Positions 53,885-64,000 of a DNA stretch of 64,000 nt are shown one piece after another. The first letter of the stretch is position 1. Every line of letters begins with the position of its first letter. A program made the translations under genes and the position numbers. The notes beneath the pieces were generated by a model. The model was not told the origin of the DNA. It saw only the letters and a program-made list of their open reading frames with translations, and made no database searches. The stretch comes from Octopus vulgaris (taxonomy: Eukaryota): positions 89,962,001 to 90,026,000 of the forward strand of contig OX597817.1 in NCBI GenBank assembly GCA_951406725.2, written 5' to 3'.

Positions 53885-54930
53885 CCCTATTTGCTATAAG
53901 CACGAGGCCTGAAATTGTTTTGGTGGGTGGGGGAAGTCTATCACATTAACCTCAGTTTGTAGCTGGCACTTATTTCATCGACCCTGAAAGGATGAAAGGC
54001 AAAGTCATCCGCTACGGAATTTGAACTAAGAATGTAAAGATGGATGAAATGCTGTTAAGCATTTTGCCCAGCGGGCTAACGATTCTGCCAGTTCGCTGCC
54101 TAAATAATAATCCTTTCTACTAAAGGCACAAGGTCTGAAATTTCGAGGGAGGGGACTAGTCAATTACATTGACCCCAGAGTTTCACTGGTACTTAATTTA
54201 TTCTCCCCGAAGGGTGAAAGGGAAAGTCAACCTCAGCAGAACTTGAACCCAGACTATAAAGATGGATGAAATGCTGCTAAGCATTTTGCCCAGTGTGCTA
54301 ACGATTCTGCCAGCTCAATGCCTTAAAAAAGAAATGATAATAATTCTTTCTACCATAGGTGGAAGGCCTGAAATTATGGTCACATTGACTTCAGTGATTG
54401 ACTGGTATTTATCTTATTAACCTCGAACTCAGAACATAAAGCTGGAAGAAATTAGGCTTAGCATTTTGTCCAGCCTGTTAAAAATTCTGCCATCTTCCTA
54501 CCTTTATAATAATAATAATCTTTTCTACTATTGGTGCAAGTCCTGAAATTTGTGGAGAGGGGCATAGTTGACTACCTCGGCCCCAGTACTAAACAGTTAT
54601 TTTATCAATTCTGGAAGGATGACAGGCAAAATCCACGTCAGTGAAATTCGAACTCAGAATGTAAAACTAGAAGAAATGTCTTATAGTTAAAGATCCTGCC
54701 AACTTGCTGCAATGATATAACAACAACAATAGAGTGTAAAATAAAATAGATTGTAACTAATTATAGTTTGTAACAAGGACAAGGCTAGTCATTTTGAGGG
54801 AAGGTGGCAATTGATGATGTAATGATAACTAGTACTTATTTTGGTAAATTTTATCTACCCCGTGAAGAAAAGGCAAGTTCGACCTTGCAGGATTTGAATT
54901 TGAAACATAGTAATGTAACTAAATACCGTA
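53885..54930 (-). mobile_element. Head-to-tail array of about five SINE family A copies
   Basis: Units at about 53885-54101, 54111-54324, 54343-54504, 54519-54710 and 54770-54930, mostly separated by (AAT)n. Confidence 0.85.
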
Positions 54931-56711
54931 TATCATTCATTACCTTTAAAAAGAAGGGCAACGACAATATTAATAATTTTAATGTATTTAATTAATTAGC
55001 ATTAAGATATCCAGTTTACAGCTGGAATTTAATACTCCTTGTCTTTCTGTGATAAGGATCTTCGGTTATGCAGAGTGCGTAGGAAGTAAGGATAGCGGTG
55101 GTGGTGGTGGTGGTAGTGAACCTGCCCTAATTACGTACCTTGATAAAGCTGATGACAATCACCTGTAATTCAAGAGGAAGTGGGGAAAGGTTAAGATTGA
55201 TTGGAGGCAGTGAATGTATAGGTGAGTGATATGCATACACCACCACCACTCACGACCTCCGCCATGTCAATCCTATACAAAATAATTATTCTCAATTCCT
55301 TAAGGATGACAAACTAAACAACAACAGTGCCAAATAAAATGCTTCGTGGTATTTTTTCCTCATGTGAAGTAAAAAAAAAAATAACAAAAAAAAGTCATGT
55401 GCTTGGGGTTTATTCCATCAACTATGCTTGTCTCCCTATAAATTTGTGGCTTGGGGTTCAGTCAGAAAAATCGATATATTGAGTAAGCATTGAGCTATTT
55501 TCAGATCTTGCCATAACATTCGCGTGCGCGAACACACACACACACACTTGTTATAAATTTTGTTATACACCCTTACACAGACTTATTATAAATTTTGTCT
55601 CACACACATCTTTACATATATATATTATAGCATTCTCTAAAATTGATACCAGATTAGCCTTCTTATATAACAATCATGAAAGATAGAGGGACAGAAATCT
55701 TGGTGTCTCATGTTGACGTCAGGGGGAAGCAACACCGTGTAATGCGCATGTGTATGTATGTGTGTTTATATATATATATGTATGTATGTATATGTGTGTG
55801 TGTCGGACAATTATCTGATTGGTTCACTGTGTGGTCAGTCACCGGTTCATGCAGTTGTTCTGTTTAGACGTAGGGTGCGGAGGAATCCGGAACCGAAGTC
55901 TTTTGATTCCTCCTACGTAAGAAATACTATCAGCTAATCTACTGTAATTTATTCTTCAACCTATATGCTTACATGTATACGTAATATATTGTAATCAGTT
56001 AGTGTAGTTTATTCATTCTACGCCTTTTCTCTATTGTTGCTCGAGTTCCTGTTGGTAATGTTGACTAATACATCAGTGATAAACAATACTTGGCGCGCAC
56101 TTGCTACTCTTTCTCCTTTTTACATTAGTGTTTGTCTATACGCACACTCACTATTTACATTCTACAGATACATGTACATACAGTTATACACACATCTGTG
56201 GAGTAAAGCTATATACGATGTTGAAATACTGTTAACCAAGTTAATCTTCCCGATTTCGCTACAGTTGGCGAGTACATAAATGTGAAGGAGGTGAAATAAG
56301 GATTGAAAGCGAAAAAAAAAAAGCCCTGATATTTAAAAAAATAAAAAAAAGAAACAAACAAAAAGGACGGCAACTTTGGCAAGATTCCATCCGCCCACCC
56401 GATGGAGATTTAAAAAATCAACACCAATATAACAACTAAAAGAGTAGGAACCAGGAGTACACTCTAAAAATAAGTAGTTTGTTTATGGTTTTATTACTAC
56501 CATTGATGATGATTATTTGACTGAACTAATAGGTCATGAGATCGAAATTTGTTTGTAGACAGGATTACACACAAATTTGCTGTGGGACTTGTTGACTGCT
56601 TTGATTTATTTATTTGTGAATGTGTTTGTTTTAATTCTTTGGGTTATTGTTATTCTTTGGTTTTTGGTCGTAAAAGATGCTCGTAATTCTTTGTATCAAC
56701 GGACATAGGAA

Positions 56712-56889
56712 ATGAAATGTTTAAGATCTCACCAAAGTGAGACGGACCTTTACTGTGATCAGAACACCTTAAAGGTGCTGCTACTGCACCATATTGGCAG
56801 GACTGCACTGTTGTTTTATTCCTTGCAAGAGGCACTCTCCATTAGCTGTAGACTCTTACACTGTCATAGCCTCCACCGCGGCCACCCGG
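56712..56889 (+). CDS. Candidate alternative first coding exon (MKCLRSHQSETDLY...HRGHP + 1 nt)
   Basis: ATG-initiated open frame ending at CGG|GTAAGT in phase 1, so in frame with exon 61510; sits in the CpG-retaining region. Confidence 0.45.
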
Positions 56890-57776
56890 GTAAGTGAAGT
56901 ACAAATAAATAGATATGTAGTTTGTGTATATACGATTCTATGTATATTTTTGTATGTATATATTAATGTGTATGTTTGTATAAATAGATGTATATATATG
57001 TGTGTGTGGGTATGTAATAAACTGGTAGCGAAGAGAAAGTTCTCACGAACTTTTTCACGCTCGACACAAAAACAAACTTGACTATCGTGTTTTCCGTGTT
57101 CTCATCACATGTTGCTCTGCGGTTAATAATTGTTTGGCACATGTTTGCTCTAAATTAGTCACGAATGTCATATCTGTGCTCTATTATTTATGTAACTATC
57201 GGTCTATGTAATTTAAAGGGGAAAATCATTTTGCATTAATGGGAATGTTTTCACAAGACCCATGCTCACTCCTCAAGGCCAGCAATTTTTGAAGGAAGTG
57301 GTTAGTCGATGCCATCGACTGGTATTCTATTTTATCAACCCCAGAAGGATGAAAGGCAGAATTAAGCTCGGCAAGATTTAGCCCCTATTTTCGGTAGAAT
57401 GTTTACTCTGTTGAATGAACTGTATATAATTGCAATCCGTCGGCTTTCTTTTTATAAGTGTGTGAGGGTATACTAACACGTGTGTGTTTGTATGTAATCC
57501 TAATGAGTACCAATCCACCTGTTTAAGTGTAGTTTATTAGGTCGACATTCAACGTAGGTCACACGAGATAACAGCGACCGTGTATATTCAAACACTTGTG
57601 TGATTTGATTGTCTTCTGTTACCATCTTCATTGGTATTCCTTCCTGTTCCCCCCTCTCCCTATCTGTACACAATCAACACCACTACTGTAAAATATTTTC
57701 TTGCTGCAATGACAAATGTGGGATCGCCATCTTCTTGACTCACTGGCTACATACATAGATTACTCTCACATACTTG

Positions 57777-57826
<50 letters not shown>

Positions 57827-59986
57827 CATATACAAACACATTACTAATATCCATATACATTACACACACTTACACGTGTGTGCATGTGTATACGGGATGA
57901 TGAAGATGGAGAATATATGGATGTTGGTTTAGTAGCAATGCAAGGCAGCCATTGACTACTACTCCATCAAGCTGGGCTTTATGGATATATTATCTGCAGT
58001 CATTGCAGCTTTTAGTGCAGTAGGCGTTGGCAGCAATGCTTTACATCATGTCTGAGGTGAGAAGATGCATGTCAACTTTCCATTCCTGTGTGGCCACCTC
58101 TCATCGTCGTTCCTGTTGTTATCTTTATGGTGGCGGTAGTGGTGGTTGTTTTGTGTGGCTGTTTTCTTGTCTTTACCTCAGTATACCAACACAAAAGACT
58201 ATCTTGCTACCCTGGAACACTGGCACATTAAAAATCCTCATAACATTCAGCTGTCACTCTCTCTATTCAGCATGTGTGTATATAAGCTCACATAAGCGGA
58301 CATGTACATACATACATTCATGTATACATACACACATATACACGCAATAAATCGAGCAGTGGGTCTTGTGCTTTATTTTCTACCTCTGCAGACTTCCTCA
58401 CGTGGCGCCAGCAGTTGTTGCTGCCAGTAGTAGTTGTAGTAGTAGTAGCAGCAGCAGGTTTTAGTAGTATTACTAGCAAGTTATGGTGGTGGTGGTGGTA
58501 CTAGTAGTAATAATTTAGCAGGTGGTGGTGATGGTAGCGGTGCTATCACTGGCAGTAGCAGCAGTTGGCTATGATGTGGTTATGTTCGTAGTAGTGGTAG
58601 TGTTATCAATAGTGATAGTAGTGGTAGTAGTAGGGGTTCGTTCTGCTGTGGTGATAGTATATAAGTCTGTAGTGTATCCGTCGACGTCGTAGTAGTAATT
58701 GTTTTAACGGTATCTGGTATCAGTCTAACTGTAGTAAAAAGAAAAAAAAAATTCTGCGCACATGACCAATTTTGGTGGAGGAAAGGAGATGCCTGTATAA
58801 CAAATCGAACCATACTCAATATATTACTGTTATTTGTGATAGTACGCTGTTTAGTGGTGTCATACAGTTACCTTCCGCTGTTGAAGTCATCACATATTCG
58901 CCATTATTACGACGGTTGTAGCAACAGTAATAGTAATAGTATAGTAGTACTACTATTAGTACTGTTGCTATCACTAATAGTATAGTTATTGTGGCCTTTG
59001 TTGGCTTGTGTGTGTGTGTTTTATTATTCTCATTGTATCTTGTCATTTCTTTCTGTTATAGTGAGAGAGGAAGGAGTACAGTGGTTTCTATGACGACTTA
59101 GGATATTCTTCGTTAACAAGTGCTCTCGCTTCCTTTTACATCTCTCCCTGTGTCATCTTTCTCCTTGTACACTCCCTCAGGTACTCCTGTCTATTTATAA
59201 AATAGGAAACTAATAAACTCTGAGCAGCGGCAGAAGAAAGTACCAGCTGTGTGCAATAATTCTATCCTGCAATGTGTCGAGTACATCTTTTCTTCATGTG
59301 AAGCAGTAATAAAAAAAAAAACAACAGAAAATATGTTGTGTGTATGAGTGGGAACAATGTCCGATAGTCAATCTGACTTTTAAGAAGTGTCTAAATTTGG
59401 CACTAATATATTTCTACCGCCTCTCATCTTTACCTCCTTCGCCTTCTCTTGCTCTTCCTCCTACTTCGGTTTGTTTTCTCTCGCCTATCTGTAAATTTGT
59501 TACTCCTCTTTTTTCCCCTCTTAAGTGTATATATTTACTCAAACCCTTTCTATCCAAACCTTCCTATGTGTGTGTGAGTATCTATCTAGCTACACATACA
59601 TACAGCTTTGTATGTCTTCCCGTCAACTGTCGTCATCAGTTTTGGATCAACATGACTCTTACTTCCAGCTCTACCCAGTGACTGATGGTTTCTTTAGTGG
59701 TGGCGGTGGTGGTTTGGAATGGTTTAGATAGTATATGGCGGTAGTGGTGGTATAGATAGTAAATGGTAGGGCAGTGTTAGAGGTGAGTGGTGACGACTGC
59801 GTACATACAGTGAGAGGAGGTGGACTACAAACTCCAACCCACTCTCTCACACGATCAGTGTGTTTCTGCGTGGGTATGGGGCCGAGGAGGAAAGAGAGAG
59901 AGAGGCAGGCAGGGTGAGAGAAAGAGCAAGTGCGTGATAGCAGTATTTTAAAGAACTAATCTGATGTTGTCTGGTCGACAATTTTG

Positions 59987-60020
59987 ATGTCTCCACGTAT
60001 TCCGAGCTCACTGTCTTATT
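59987..60020 (+). CDS. Second candidate alternative first coding exon (MSPRIPSSLSY + 1 nt)
   Basis: ATG at 59987 and GTAAGT at 60021; 34 nt, phase 1, in frame with exon 61510; TCAGT initiator-like motif near 59855. Confidence 0.35.
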
Positions 60021-61509
60021 GTAAGTGTCAGTTTGTCTACCTATTGATGATGATGATGTGATTTATCTTAGTTTGACGTAGCTTAGTCTTTATCAACCAC
60101 CACCTTCACCACCCTCTCTTAATACCTTATTTATCCTTGTGTGTGTGTGTGTGTGTGTTGCTACGGTCGATTAATTGACGTCACGTCTTTAATTGTTCGT
60201 CACTACTTCGTTTTGTCATTTGTTTTTGCGACAGGTCGTCTGTTATGATTTTTATTAGTCTTCTTTACTCCCCTCCTTCCTCTGGACTATCTTATTACTC
60301 TTACCATTTTCCTTCCTACTCGGTCTTATTGTCTTATGTCACTTTACTCACCACCCTTCTACCTTCTCCACTTCTTCCCTATATTTCTTGTTTTTATTGT
60401 AAGTTTTAGTGGGAAACTTTTCTCAAACTTTCTTCCCTCTCTTTCACTATTACAGAAGAGCACACACACGCATACACACATATATATGTATATATATTAT
60501 AGTTCTGCGAATTTTGTGAGATCCTTTGTTGTAAAAGTAGAGCTAATCAGCTTTATTACTCTTAGACACGTGTTCTTGTTCTCCCTCTTCCCCATATTTT
60601 GGTATAGGATTTTAAAAAAAACATTGTACGTCTGCTATCATGTAGATCAAAAGTTCGAATCTCAAGTTGGTCAGCTGCTCAGGCAACGGTTATTTCGTTT
60701 TTTTGCTCTCTTTCACTTTTATTGAAAGGAATTAGTGAACATTCTAGAAATTCCTCCCGTATTCAAGGAATTTCATGTCAGCCCAAACTCATGTTTTTAG
60801 GTGTTTTTTTTTTCACTGAGGAAAGGGTTTATTTCAAAGACTAAGTTTATTTTAATTTATTCTTTTCTGCCTGTCGTCTGTGTATGTACACCCCCCCCCA
60901 CATACACACACATACTACAGCAGGATCTTAAATTGTCGCACAAAATGCTTTGCGATGTTTTTCCGGTTGTTTTGAGTTCAAATCCCTCCAAGGTCAACTT
61001 TGAGTTTCAGTCTTCCGGAATCAATTTAATCAGTTAACCAACCCTTCCCTCAAAATTCATAGCCATGTTGGCAGCGCTTATGTTTTGGTATGATTAACTG
61101 AAGATGTGGGGGAAGGATGTTGGACTCTTGGTGTTCGCGGTCGTTTTAAAGAATTATTACGGTTTAAGTGTTCTAACCCATTATGAGCTGGTTAAAATAA
61201 TTCACTGTAAATAAAAAGAAAATGGTAATCCTTCTGTACTAGTAAACAACTTTATTCACCCACACAGGGTTCCTCATGGTATATAGATAAAAAGGCTAGG
61301 CTGAGAAAAGGGTGAATGACGTCGTCGTCTTCTACCGAAGGATTGCCAAACAAATAAAGCACTTTAATCCATTCGTTTAATTTATCCTGTTTATAAACTA
61401 TGTATTCTCTCCGGCATAATTCTAATCTTGCAGTGGCTGTTGTATTCACCATCTTCTGTGACATCTATTGTTGTTGCTTGAATTACAGTAATTTTTTCTT
61501 TATTTCTAG

Positions 61510-62352
61510 GTGATGCGTCAAGTCAGCATTGTGACTGTGATAACCTCTCGACACCATCTTCATCGCCATCCTCGGCAGTGCATCATCAGAACTCAAAAGA
61601 CCCTACACATTGTCTTGCCAAAAAACGAAGAACTCGCCTAAAGCCAAATAGAAACATAGTAATAAGTTATTCTTCGAAACGGAAAAAAACTAAATTTCAA
61701 AACCTACGGACACCTCCGAAAAGGACGATGAGGACTACGATGAATTCGTTGCCTCCTGAAAAGACTAGTTGCAATATATTTGCAGTGGGAGAAAGCAGTG
61801 TTGATAGTGGAGTGTCTAGCTTAAGAAACGAAACCGAAACTGAAATGGACAGTAATTCTCCAGGGCTGGAGTCCGTGGCATCGACAGTGTCAATATCACG
61901 ATCAATGACCCCACAAGACACTGGAAGTGTGAGTTTACTAGAAGAGGATAATGTTATATCAGAACCCTGTTTGTTTGTTTCTGATTTGCTCACTCCTATG
62001 TGTAGTAGTAGCAATAACAGTAATAGTAATAGTCAGTTATTATTGCCATGTGATGAGCTCAACACAGATTCCAAACTGTCATCAACAGAAGACAAATATG
62101 GAAGCATTAACAACCGTTACTCTTCTAAGATCAAAGCATGCCGATCAACGACGGACGTGTGTCCTGAAGGAAATTCTGTATCGAAACAGTCACTTGCGTC
62201 TTCAAATGCAAGTGGATATTCTTTGACTGACCAGACTTATGGAATGTATAATAATTCTAAAAGCTCTCTCGGAACTTCTAACCGATGGGAAATGAGTGCT
62301 CTTTTAAAGCTTCAGAACCCTTTAATATCCATAAGGAACAAAATTGTCCGAA
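61510..62352 (+). CDS. Large internal exon (Ser-rich, basic NLS-like clusters, DSGVSS motif); gene continues beyond the window
   Basis: ttttttctttatttctAG acceptor at 61508-61509; 843-nt open frame containing track ORF 61578; GTAAGT donor at 62353; phase 1/1. Confidence 0.9.
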
Positions 62353-63714
62353 GTAAGTATACATTGTTGAAGTTTGTAGCATTTTGTACTTTGAGATGAT
62401 ATAATTTTGCTGTGATCCACCATTACTTTTCACAGCCAGTGGCGTTTAGAAATCATACAGAGTTAAAAAGAGGATATACATGTGTTTGTGTATGTATACA
62501 TATACATATATGTTAAATTTAAGAGAGGGCGTCTTCACAAATGCAAAATATATGCACATTCCTAATAATAACCAGCCTGTAGGTTATAATGAAGATTGCT
62601 TTATAACCAAATAGTTTTCAATTCCATACCAAAGGGTAGTACATTAGGCACGTGTCTTATCTGGCCTTGGACTGGCTGATGCATTGTGGGTGAAATATGA
62701 GAATGTGTTCTTACATATGTGTATCTAAGGCTTCCAAGTGAAACTCTGCAAGGAGGGTCAAAACTGATTTTGAGACCTGTTGGTGGAGTTTTGGCTTTAA
62801 ATTTTAACAGGCTGTAAGTCTTTTTTTGTTTTTAACAGTAGGGTGGAGTTGGTATCAGATATTTACAGGACACCTCTTTGGCTCTCTCAGCCTTGCACTG
62901 ATGTTGTAGCTGTCTCTTATAGATCATATGAACAATGTGTGTATGCATATATATATATATGTATGTATATATCTCATTCTTTTAACATTGTCTTTTGTAT
63001 GCTTGCATGGAGTGAGGCAGATTTATTATAGGTTGACACCCTTCAGTCGCTAACCTCACCTGTTTCCAAACACAGTTACATTTCCTTGGACACAAGCATG
63101 TATTTGCACAATATTGTAAATGAATGACACTGCTTGGATGACACTGACATTCATTTGTAACTTTCATACAAAGTCAAAACAAGGAGATACAAATATACTC
63201 TTTCTCTCTCACACACACTCATGCACATACAATTTATATATATATATATATATGTGTAGATATGCATTTATACGTAGTATGTGTGTGTATTAATATTTAT
63301 ATGCAATTGGTGTAGGCATAGCTCTGTAAAGAGATGTTTCCTAACCACTTGGTCTCTTCAGTTCCACTGCACAGCACATTGGGGAGGTGTGTTCAAGTAC
63401 AGTTCTAGGTTGACTAACCCCTTATAATTGAACTTCGTAGATGGATACTGAAGGCAGTTCATCATGTATATGTATATATGTGTGTGTGTGTGTATGTATT
63501 GATATATTTATGTGCCTGTATGTTTGTTTACACCTTTCTGTGGGTGATGTTCTTGTCGTTTTTATCAACAAATTGTCTGCTTGCTTCCTATATTTGAAAA
63601 CGTGAAATGACATCCCTTACTTGAGAAACGGGTAAGGGTTAGCAACAGGTGGGGTATCCAGCTGTCAAACAGTGCCTCAGTAATTAATTTGTCTTAACAT
63701 CCTTCCATGAAAAA

Positions 63715-63911
63715 AATTGTATGTAAAAATGAAGCGTATGTGTATATGTATGTACACATGTGTATATATTTATGTGTGCATGTATATATATGTACATATT
63801 TGTGCATTTGTATGTGAATATATACATGTATATGTATGTATGTGTACATATGTTATGTATATGTATGTGTACATATGTATGTGTATATATATGCTTTGTG
63901 TGTATATATGC

Positions 63912-63964
<53 letters not shown>

Positions 63965-63970
63965 TACATG
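63715..63970. repeat. Degenerate (TA)/(TG)/(CA) microsatellite
   Basis: Directly visible. Confidence 0.9.
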
Positions 63971-64000
63971 TTTGCATGGGTCATATGGAGTTTCTTGAAG

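Larger units (their letters stand above)
53900..62350. promoter_or_regulatory. CpG-retaining, probably hypomethylated region; putative internal promoter domain
   Basis: CG dinucleotides are visibly frequent here (e.g. 55521 cgcgtgcgcg, 55868-55895) and depleted in most flanking intron, where repeats show CG>TG/CA decay. Judged by eye, not computed. Confidence 0.5.

Overview
This is AT-rich eukaryotic genomic DNA, dense in microsatellites and transposons. The SINE families and (TA)n/(TG)n load look like a coleoid cephalopod, probably Octopus (inference from recognition, not a database hit). No prokaryotic features are present, and nearly all ORFs in the track are microsatellite or TE artefacts. 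The window lies inside one large + strand gene for a chromodomain protein resembling MPP8/MPHOSPH8. Four exons join in frame with canonical AG/GT sites: 8553-8714 (chromodomain core, absent from the ORF track), 29219-30001, 39407-39467 and 61510-62352. The start and the C-terminus lie outside the window. Best leads: (i) a frame-preserving 21-nt microexon at 16951-16971; (ii) a CpG-retaining island at about 54-62 kb holding two candidate alternative first exons that both splice in frame to exon 61510 and would give chromodomain-less isoforms; (iii) several minimal type-I hammerhead ribozyme motifs of Penelope-like elements, one pair arranged as an inverted repeat; (iv) a fold-back mariner, inverted SINE pairs and a perfect hairpin that could form intronic dsRNA; (v) a Dong/R4-type retrotransposon inserted in (TAA)n just upstream of the chromodomain exon acceptor. 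Repeat boundaries are approximate and read by eye.
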